Of a stretch of 64,000 nucleotides of DNA, positions 24,101 through 33,804 are shown in pieces (the first letter of the stretch is position 1; every line of letters starts with the position of its first letter). The stretch is from Macrostomum lignano. Its lineage: Eukaryota. The stretch spans positions 682,001 to 746,000 of the forward strand of contig NIVC01000114.1 of NCBI GenBank assembly GCA_002269645.1, given 5' to 3'. The notes below the pieces were generated by a model. That model ran no database searches, was not told the DNA's origin, and saw nothing but the letters and a program-made list of their open reading frames with translations. The position numbers were made by a program, and so were the translations under genes.

Positions 24101-26920
24101 TAGGAGCTCTCTCCCCCTTGTTTCCGTCAAGGAGTTCTTGATTCCCGAGTTCTAAGACCCGTGTGCGTTAGCGTCTGAACTGAGCGCCCGACTGCGTTTA
24201 TCGAATCCGTTCTTATTGGTCTGTCTGAGACCCGACCAAGCCAGCCTACGAGAGACTAACTCAGCCCTCCCTGTACCAACCAAGCCCGGCAGGTGCTGCT
24301 GACGAGACGCCTAGTACGTTGAACTGCAAATCTGCACGCTGTGCTGTGTTCGTTGACTTCGTTAATTTCGTTCCGACGGGAAGCTCACCTCACCGAAGGC
24401 CGAGACCTGAAGGAACTGGTGGCAGCACTACCTACGCTACTAAAGTTAAGAAGGCTTCTAAGTGAGAGGACGGAGCCCAAGTCACTGCGCTGTACAGCAG
24501 GACAACCACAGGTACAACACTTGCTTAAATTACAGCTTGGACGACTTCGAATATAACTGACCAAAATGATGACAATAAATAAATTGAAGACGCAATCGAT
24601 TGCCTTACAAAATGGACAGATGCATGCGAGTACACCTCTGAGCTGCTTCATTAATGGATTCAATTTATTAGCTCGCATCTACCCAAAGAGTATTCAGAAG
24701 ACCTCGACAAAACTTTCACTAGCCGTATTTCACTGCTAGCGCATTGCCGCAATAACCATGCATCAGGAAACCACTTTCTTTTTGACGGTCACGCAGCTCT
24801 GGCAGATGTTAAAATGTAAAAAACACAACGACAATCGGCAAGCACAAGAGAAATTGCGGCAGGGATCCCGTTAGGAAGCTAGAAAAGCTTCGACACCAAC
24901 TGAAAGCTTTGGCGTCTCGCTAGAGGTGTCTCACTACCTGCTTACTAACCTGATGTTTCAGTATGTCCTCCTTGGAGCGCTGCAATCTAATTCACTAGAA
25001 TGACAATCTCGATGGTATTGGCACCGCAAAGGATCGAGCTACTATGTGTCCCACAAGAACATTCTGGATACTGAGAAAGCTATTCGATCAGTATCATTAC
25101 TGCAGTTCAGTGGTGTCCAGCCACTGGCAAAGCAAAAGAGATTGTACGTCAGCTGAGCCTGAGTGAATCAATTAGAGATGCAGACGCTAATTTTTTCGAA
25201 TACGTGGCAGGTATATGTTTGTTAGAGCTAGCCATCACTACTCAAAGGAGTTTCACGCCATCCAATGAGCTGCTACTATCTGTTCTAGCCGACATAAAAA
25301 TCGACGGTTCTTCCACTTTTTTATGACTGAATTGACTGAACTTTGATAGCTTGCTTTTTCCGCTTCAAAGGCAGCCTGGGGATCATCTCTCAGTTTCAAA
25401 CCTGCCAGCAGTTTCCAAATTCTCGGCATCGACATAATGCTCTATTTGAAGCAATCAGTTCAGTGGCATTGGAGAGACTTTCAAATCTACGCTACCAAAC
25501 ACACTGCGACATTCAGCACCGAATTCTGCATCGACAGACGCAGCGTCAGGTAAAAAAGTAGCCAGATTCAATTAATGAGCACTAAGGCAATCGTGAGTTA
25601 TCCAATAATTTAAAGAATATTTCAATGCCCTTTATATTGTTTCTGCATATACTCGTAGTTCCCAATTAAGCTTTTAGTGAATTCTGATACGCTTTAATTT
25701 AAAATGCACTTAAGACAGACCTTTGCCTCTAATTTCTGCGAAATCCGATTCAGCGTAAGTTTTAATGCGAAAATCAATTGAAATAAACAAGTTTTTAATC
25801 GATTCCGACATCTAGAAAAAGTTGATTCGATATTTCTGTCTTGACAAGTTTATGTAGGCCAAAAAAGCCTTTAATTCCAGGTTAATATAGAATTCTATGC
25901 TACACTTCACCCGACTGTAAAATGGGTGCATGCATTAGCTGGAGTACGAGCTAATTGAGGGTGCGTGGTGACCCCCCCCCAGTCCTTGAACTGAACAGCC
26001 GTAAGCAGCCTTCGGACGCGCCGCGCAATAGCTGCGGCTGAGCTGTCGGTTCACTATTAATATTCCTTATACTATCATTATTCGTCGAAAGATACTAAAT
26101 AAACTAATACCCTAAATATCGGAAAGGAATGAATTAAAACATTAATCAGTTCTGGCGGGATGGGTTCTGTGAGATGTGGATGGGTTTTGTGAGATGATGG
26201 ATGAGAGATGGTGAGACTATGGAATGATTACTTTTCTCAAATCAATTTGAAGCCTTGGTAAAGGTTACTGTGAGTTTTTGAATAACCATATTTTTAAGTT
26301 TGAAAAAATATTGTTAAATTTTATCCATTGAAGAAAGCCTTTACTATCCAAATGAATTGAGCTATTAAGTCGTATAATGCGATTCTGATAAAAAAGTTCA
26401 AAAAACATTCTTTTGTTTCAAATTTTGATTTACAGCAGGTCACTCACCTGTGTAGCCGGGAGCGCAGCTGCAGTGATACCAGGGGCTTGCGTCTGTGTTG
26501 CTGCAGGTGGCTCCGTTCAGGCAGGGATTTTTTGAATTTTTAGTGCCATCTGAAGTTGTAGCACAAAAATTGATTCTACTTTTACAATGTTCACCAGTGT
26601 ACCCTGCAGTACACAGACACGGAGGAGTGCTTGCCGTCACAGCACCCGGCCAGCAAATGCCGCCATTCTCGCAGTCACCCTCGCTGCAGGCGGCTCGCCT
26701 CGCCCGCGCCAATTCGCCCGCGTCCTCATCCGAACCTTCATATTGCAAATCAGTGGGAAATTTATATTTAGAAGCTGCAATTCTCCTAACAGCCACTTCA
26801 GCTACCTTATAACCCCAACTCACCTGCGGTTAAATCTTCTGAAACGGATACACACGAAACTCGATGCGTAGCCAGCGTCAGAAAAAGAATTAATATCGGC
26901 AGTCGAATGTTGGACGACAT
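15197..26920 (-). CDS. Crumbs-like paralog E: signal peptide, ~13 EGF, 1 LamG, TM, QEVFF tail
   Basis: Exons in transcription order: 26920-26824 (MSSNIRLPILILFLTLATHRVSC signal), ~26774 or ~26735 to 26448 (acceptor ambiguous), 22056-21864, 21251-21024, 18901-18557, 16777-16291, 16202-15640, 15558-15425 ([21 protein letters not shown]), 15354-15197 ([51 protein letters not shown]). The frame is continuous. Confidence 0.85.
17870..18460. repeat. Degenerate AC-rich (CAACCACAA/AAGCACC) intronic repeat
   Basis: Loose copies of the unit seen at 19470-20635; related short copies at ~20880-20940 and ~37690-37800 lie in paralogous introns. Confidence 0.6.
19470..20635. repeat. ~25-bp AC-rich minisatellite (CAACCACAATCCAACCCAAAGCACC)n
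   Basis: Tandem periodicity; source of the spurious LGWVVVG/CGWVL ORFs. Confidence 0.9.
21565..21852 (+). mobile_element. 3' end of an I/LOA-group LINE (CCHC knuckle region and 3' UTR) in an intron of gene E
   Basis: Encodes a degenerate [13 protein letters not shown](S/C)P...RLT.LGP motif and ends in TGAGTCAAGTCAA. Homologous to 38473-38812 and 27590-28250. Confidence 0.65.
23549..24609 (+). mobile_element. Solo-LTR-like element (~1.06 kb)
   Basis: TGTAGT...TTACA termini, TATA-like CTATAAATAG at 24094-24103, AATAAA at 24574 and internal tandem enhancer-like repeats. No clear TSD was found. Confidence 0.55.
23856..24103 (+). promoter_or_regulatory. Cluster of AP-1, CRE, MEF2 and E-box consensus sites ending in a TATA/MEF2 element
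   Basis: TGA(G/C)TCA at 23856, 23900, 23926; TGACGTCA at 23965, 24036; CTA(A/T)4TAG at 23912, 24047, 24094; CACGTG at 23861. Confidence 0.5.
25895..26060 (+). mobile_element. SINE family 2, 3' half
   Basis: cttcacccgactgtaaaatgggtgc...aattgagggtg...ccagtcct.ga.ctgaacagccgta...gctgagctgtcggt matches 60750-60885. Confidence 0.7.
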
Positions 26921-27589
26921 TCTTGACGAGCTCAGAGCCAAGGATTTTGTAGTTCAAAACTTGAAAAATTTGAGCAGCATGCAAAACAAATTGAAACAAG
27001 TTAAATTAGTAGAAATACAGGCAATTAGTATATAGGATATATAAATATTAAATAATCAACAATGAAGAAAGAATCAAACAGTTAAAAGCAATGACAGGTT
27101 TATTTTCAAGTAGCAGCTGGGGCTCAAAGCAAAGAAAAAACAAATTTTTCAAAGCCAAAAAAATAGAATTTCTTTATAGGAGCGAACTAATACTGCAAAT
27201 TAAAATGCACATCGAAAAGACGTTGATTTTTTTAGTTAAGATCAGCTGTTTAAACAGAAAAACCGAAATTATTTACTTTTATTGTCGTAAATCATTTTAA
27301 AACAATTTTGAACTTATGCTACTAGTTTACAGAGCTATTAAGTAGTCAGATTATGACATTTGAAAGCTTAAATCTTTTGTGGTTCATAGAAAAGCTTGAT
27401 TATAGGAGCTAAAATTGTGCCAGTTTGACACTTGTTCGCCTGGACTTGAAGCAGCATGGCAGGGGAGCCTGTAAATTTAAAAGAAAACATACTTTAGTCT
27501 AGTACAGTTTCATTGCTTTTAATAAACAAAAACTGATGCTCAATGATACTAGCTAGAGCGAAAAGGAAGTGGGAGGTTCATTTCACATT

Positions 27590-28250
27590 TCTTGACTTAC
27601 ATGACTCAGCTGCGGGGGCTCTGGACATCAAGATAAAGTGGGAAGGCGTCGACGCCCATTCCGCAAACCCCTGGTGACCACGGGCAGCTGGTGCTGCGGT
27701 GTCGCGCAGGGAGATCTGGTGGTGCCGGTGTACCCAGCGCGGTCTCCCTCTGGAGAGTCCAGGAAGTGGATTGTCGCTCGCCCGGTAGCCTTTAAGTACC
27801 GGACGAGCTGGCAGAGATTCTCGGGCCTGAAAACGGTGGAGAGGTCCGGATTTGGGCTGAGGTAGGTGAGCCTCTCCTGAGTTAAGGCGGAATAAAGTGC
27901 TCCGCATTTTCAACACCGGAGATTCAGAATGGGCATTCCCCACTATCGATTTTTACCTGCGGAGGGTGGGGGAAAGACAAGGGAACGGCCGCTCCGAATT
28001 CACCTCTTCCTGTGCTTTGAAGTCACCAACTGGTGAATGCGAGTGATGACAACAAAGGCTGGAGTAGAGGCTACGGTCAACGGAGCAGTAAAAGATCCGG
28101 TCGAGCCAGCCTTGGCCAGGCGATCGGCCAACTAGTTGCCGGGTTGGCCCGAGTGCCCGGGGATCCACGTAGGGATACCTTGTTGGAGGTGTCGTAGACT
28201 AGTAGACTGTCCGAGGGGAAGGTAAATGTCCTTCCGCCAGACACGCTGAT
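27590..28250 (-). mobile_element. I/LOA-group LINE 3' fragment with RNase H motif
   Basis: The minus strand encodes WIPGHSGQPGN*LADRLAKAGS (LINE RNase H signature), followed by the knuckle and 3' UTR shared with the 21565 and 38473 copies. Confidence 0.75.
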
Positions 28251-28427
28251 TGTTTTATGGAACTATAAAAATCTAAAATAATAGCTACAAATCATTCATA
28301 CGTATCACTCTAGCTCCCATTTTCCCAGTTAGTTTTGCATGTAGAAACAGCGTTTCTACTTCAAACCACTACAAGGATCCAGGGAATGTAGCCAAGGAAA
28401 AGAAAGGAAAGGAAACTGAAAGTGCTA

Positions 28428-28490
28428 AAGCCCCTGGCAAAAAAGCCCCTGGTGCTAAAGCCCCTGGTGCTGAAGCCCCTGGTGCTAAAA
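28428..28490. repeat. Short 15-bp satellite array, opposite orientation
   Basis: About 4 copies of TGCTAAAGCCCCTGG. Confidence 0.8.
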
Positions 28491-29514
28491 TCTCTGGATC
28501 TAATAGTTTATTTTCAGCCGCTGTTGTGATCGTCAGCTTTTAATTTCTAGCAAAGTTAGCCTCACATTAGCACTAGCTACTAAATTAACGCTGGACTAAG
28601 TGTTCGATGCAGGTACTCGAAAATAAACTAAAAACAAAAAATACCAAAAATCGCTAATAGTTTTTCTAGGAATTCAAATAATGTAGCTACAGTATGCAAT
28701 TTATTGCAGTGGTATGTATTACCAGTATTTACATTCATAATGTGTAGTCTTTAAGGGTAATATTCAACGTAATGAATACTGAAAACAGTGAGTTACCTTT
28801 AGCTCGTAATACCATCGGTATGATTTAGGTTATCGCCAATCTCCTTAGTGCTGTAGCAAGACGCTGTCCTTATTGACTGGCAGGCAGGTAAAGTCTGCAG
28901 TTACAGGTAAAGTATACGACTAAATTGTGTAGCCTTCAGCTCGCACAATACCCCCTTGAAAAGGGTACTCACTCAAAGCAGTGCAATTTTCTACGCTTTA
29001 TAAGAAAGACACATTGCTGCCCGAGAGCCTCTACACATGAGAGTGAAACGAAAAATGTACAGTTAGATTTTAGAATGTAGGATATGCTCAGCTTGAGTTT
29101 ACTGTACATTCTCAGTCTCACGCTGAGATGTTTTGCTGAAATTCTAAAAATACGGGCAGAGCTATTGTCTTGTGGGTTAATTGCATTTTGGCGAGATTCC
29201 GTCAGTAAAATTTAAAGAGATGCGCAAACAAAAATTGTATTGTACAGCAAGTCCATCTGATCTAGTCTGTATGGTCACTGCTGCTTTTAATAAATTGCAG
29301 TGCGCTCGGATTCTATCCGAATATTTGAACAAGGGACCTGGACATTATCCACATCATGTGCTATTAGCTATTTTGTCCCAAGAAAGGGCAGTGCCACGCA
29401 ATCGCATTAGCTCATTGGAGTAACAAAACTTGGTAACTGCGAATTGACCGATATGTAATCAGGTGCAGTAGATTGTCAGTAGACTGAAAACTGTCTGAAT
29501 ACCTGCTTAATTGC

Positions 29515-30228
29515 AGGGGCTTTAGCACCAGGGGCTTTAGCACCAGGGGCTTTAGCACCAGGGGCTTTAGCACCAGGGGCTTTAGCACCAGGGGCTTTAG
29601 CACCAGGGGCGCCAGCACCAGGGGCGCCAGCACCAGGGGCGCCAGCACCAGGGGCTTTAGCACCAGGGGCTTTAGCACCAGGGGCGCCAGCACCAGGGGC
29701 GCCAGCACCAGGGGCGCCAGCACCAGGGGCGCCAGCACCAGGGGCGCCAGCACCAGGGGCGCCAGCACCAGGGGCGCCAGCACCAGGGGCGCCAGCACCA
29801 GGGGCGCCAGCACCAGGGGCGCCAGCACCAGGGGCGCCAGCACCAGGGGCGCCAGCACCAGGGGCTTTAGCACCAGCGGCTTTAGCACCAGGGGCGCCAG
29901 CACCAGGGGCGCCAGCACCAGGGGCGCCAGCACCAGGGGCGCCAGCACCAGGGGCGCCAGCACCAGGGGCGCCAGCACCAGGGGCGCCAGCACCAGGGGC
30001 GCCAGCACCAGGGGCGCCAGCACCAGGGGCGCCAGCACCAGGGGCGCCAGCACCAGGGGCGCCAGCACCAGGGGCGCCAGCACCAGGGGCGCCAGCACCA
30101 GGGGCGCCAGCACCAGGGGCGCCAGCACCAGGGGCGCCAGCACCAGGGGCGCCAGCACCAGGGGCGCCAGCACCAGGGGCGCCAGCACCAGGGGCGCCAG
30201 CACTAGGGGCGCCAGCACCAGGGGCTTA
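29515..30228. repeat. 15-bp satellite (GGGGCGCCAGCACCA / GGGGCTTTAGCACCA)n
   Basis: Tandem array in which the two variants occur in blocks. Confidence 0.95.
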
Positions 30229-31081
30229 TCATTCTTGAGAAGGCATCAAAAGTTAATACTTTTACACAGAATGCCTTGAAAAATGTTTAAAAATGTTGAG
30301 AAAGCAATACCTATTAGCTGAATAATTCAGTATTTACTATATATAAAATAGGAATTATATAAATTAGAAAATTGTCCACACAAGCACAGGGTAATCATCT
30401 TTAATTTTCCTCAATAACTCAGCCGGAACTCGCTCACCGATAGACACTGGGCAAACTCAAATTCACCTGCTGCACGAACTACAGTACAAGCATTGTGCAA
30501 TGGAGAAGTGGAAGCACATGCACCATTTTTAATTTTCTAATTGTTCGTACTGATTTAAATTGATTAGTTCTCGCTTATCTATTTCAGGTATACCCGTATC
30601 TAGAAACTACTAGAGTTTTTATAGCGATTTTCATAACCAATTTTATACACTTCGATACATATCGGTTCAAACCGTTTTTATAGAATATTGCAAAATCTGG
30701 CTGCTTTCCCTTCAAAATACGCATCATAGTTATTTTTGTGTCTTTTTATTCATTTATTTTTATTTCGTGCCTATTACAGTGCCAGTTATATGGTATTCAA
30801 TTAATTTTTTAGTAAATTACATCGATATTGCTATATTCAGGTTGCGTTACTATCACCTAATCAACAACTTAGATCAAAGGGCTTTAGTTGTTCTTCGAAA
30901 AATGCAAAAGATAATCAATCACTACATGCTCAAAGCAGAAATAAAAAATATGACTTTCAAATATTTAGTTTTTAAAGGGTTAGAATATAAAATAATGTCA
31001 ATATTCGAATAAAATATATCGAAAAGCGCTATTTATACTACTATATTGCCTTAAATATCACTTCTGACACCCCAACGAATG

Positions 31082-31393
31082 GCCGGGCGTAGTGGCTTGC
31101 GTCTGTAATCCAGCTACCTGGAGGCCGGGACCTGGAGGCCGGGAAACGGAACGGCTTGAGGCTGGGAGTCCTGTCGGTCGACGCTCTATGTTGATCAGGT
31201 GTCCACTCTAAGCCTGGCGTCAACATGGTCACCCTGGCGGAGGCCGGGGCGGCCAGGTTAGCCAAGGAGAGACGTACCGGCCCAGGGGGTACACCCAGCA
31301 GGCAAAAGTCTCCGCGTCGAGCAGTAGAGGGATCGCACCCGTGAATAGGCGTCGGCAGGTAGCCTAGCTAATACAGACGGACTGTAACCTTTT
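31082..31393 (+). ncRNA. 7SL / SRP RNA gene
   Basis: Colinear with metazoan 7SL: GCCGGGCGTAGTGGCTTGCGTCTGTAATCCAGCTAC, GATCAGGTGTCCACTCTAAG, CAACATGGTCACC, CCAGGTTAGCCAAGGAG, CCGGCCCAGG..AGCAGG (SRP54 loop), CAGTAGAGGGATCGCACCCGTGAATAG. It ends in a Pol III TTTTT at 31390-31394. Confidence 0.9.
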
Positions 31394-33804
31394 TGCTGTT
31401 TTGCTTATTTAAAGCAAAACAACAAATAATGTATTTGCTTATGCAACCCAAGTTTTATGGTTTAATTTCTTTCCAGAATCTTTCTTTCAACGGTAACTTC
31501 TTGTGGTCCTGGACATGATGTCTTGGAGTTTCTGTTCCGAACAGGTTATGTGTTGCTGTGCGTTTTGTCGACATCACTTTGAAGTTTTTCATAAATAAAT
31601 ATTATATGTTTCTTATGATACACATGCACCTCATTGCAAACATATTGCAAATATGATATGATTTTGTTAACCATTTCAATCCATAGTAGGTCAAGGTTTG
31701 CTTCTAAAAATAGGGAGAGGTCACAAATGAAGGTGCATTTATTTATTTTTTAAATCCAATCACATCGAAATCCGGCCTGAATGGAATTTTGCATGATCTG
31801 CAAGTGCAGCTGTCTGTGGGCAGAATCTACTCTCCGGTGAGCAAACTCTAAAGTCTCTCACCAGGCGTTTACACAGCGTGATGAGAAAGATACATTGGGC
31901 AGATGTGTGTAAATATCGCTGTTTTGCTCGTCTTTCTGTCTGCAAAATACTTAGGTTTTATTTACCATTTCTCTGGCAGTCGGTGCTATAAAGCAAAATT
32001 TCTTTAACAAGACAGACTCATACCCTAACACAGCCATTGTCTTCCAGTTAGTGTGTACGAACATTTGCCTGTTCATTTGATAGAAATCTTACATCGGCGC
32101 GGTTCTCACACTCCAACCACAAAATTGTTTTTTGTCGTCTTTCTCTGTGATACGCGCACTGACGATGAACTTTTTGTGAACTGGCTGACAGAGTTTTTAG
32201 CTATTTTTTTTCATTTGTTATTTTTGTTATTGTTTTCATTTTTGCCTCCGTGCCCCCAGGTACTACTCAATACTCAGTAGTCCCTTTGTGCCCCTTATTC
32301 TGTCTTTTTTACTTTTGCATTTCTTGTTCTATATATAACTGGATCATAAAAATGATTTTAAAAGCAGCCTATTAGGGCGTCAAAATTTGAGTCAGTCACG
32401 CGATGCGTTTAGTTTCTAAACATTTATGGCAGGTCAATGTGATCTTTTTTAGATGGCTATCGTTCTTTTCAACAAAATTAATATCTGTTCCTGCATGTCC
32501 CTATACGATCAAGTCTCAACAATGTCCCTTGCAACAAGTGAACATGGAGTTTCTTTACTTCAAAATTGACAGATAAATAACACTACTATCAGAAAAGCCG
32601 CTTCGACAAGGTTGTATAACTGAGTTAGCTCACGTAGCCCTCGAGTCGCTTCATCTTGAACTTAGAAGTTCTGTTTTTCGAATTCCCTATGCTGATATCT
32701 TGCTGAAATTTCTTAGCAACAGGATCCAGCTGCACGCCCGCAATGCTGCTGCTTTGGGACCTACGCATCAGACGGAATTGGGTAGCTATGTTATAATTAC
32801 ACTCAAAATTTAATTCTGTTACCTCGGGATCCGAAATGAACTGAACTACTAAAAAGCCGATCTCACCATGTTTATTTTTTATACTGAGCTGTCCAGTAAA
32901 TTTAAACAATCAGATGTCACATTTAAAATGTTGCACCTGAAACTAAGCTGAGGAGCGAGGGATACACGCAATAAAACAACGCAAAATGAGAGTTTATTGG
33001 ATTTGCATGGTCATTTACACGGTCAGGATTGCAACCAACCATGAAAGTTCTATCAAAAACAGTAGTTGACCTCGAGAACAGTATACCTGACGACCTCTTA
33101 CAGAAGTTGAACAGGAAATTATCGATTGTTGAGGCTTTTAGTAGATGCTGTGTCGGATCTCATCAAAAATCAATCGCATCAATTATAAAAGTTTCAATGA
33201 CGGCAGCGTCATCGTAGAGATAAACTGAGCCAAAATCTTCTCTGGTTACTGAAACCAAATCAATATTTATTTTTGAACTTGTAGTAGATTTCATAGGAGC
33301 AAATATGCAATTAAGACACTGGTATTTTATCCGATATTTTACATTGTTTCCGAGTTTTTACATTTTATTGCATTTTATTACATATTACATTACTACATTT
33401 TACATTTTTACATTTTATACGTGAAAACATCTGCATAAAAATTTGAAGTCTGTTTATTTTGTGCGCTCGTAGTTTAAAAATATGGGGTGCAATAGTGTAC
33501 ACAGGAATGTTTTTATTCTATTAATAAGTTTGATGGCGCGAACTTCCAAAAATAGAAGCGAGTAAAGACAAGATGCTGCGATTATAATTATAGCGAAATT
33601 TGTCATAAACAAAATTTAAAATTGGCAGTGTTATTTCTGAAAAAGCACCGTTGAAAAGGATACATAAAAAATTTTACATGATGAAATTAAGGATTAAAGT
33701 CATGGTAACATTAAATTACTTACATTACGTCGTTAAGAGTTATGTAAATTTTACATTTTTACAAGCATCAATTGCTCAATTTACTAAGCCATTTATTTAC
33801 CAGT

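Larger units (their letters stand above)
22880..25600 (+). mobile_element. Degenerate P-element-like transposase relic, interrupted by the LTR-like insert
   Basis: Around 24940-25110 it encodes LMFQYVLLGALQSNSLE*QSRWYWHRKGSSYYVSHKNILDTEKAIRSVSLLQFSG, resembling the YVLLGxFQSDxLExRFGxYRQ..G..Y.S.....E..IR motif of P-like transposases. There are many stops and the boundaries are approximate. Confidence 0.5.

Noticed and set aside
32625-33217. Possible transposase or gene remnant between 7SL and gene D
   Set aside because: Short ORFs with no recognisable motif; I could not support a call.
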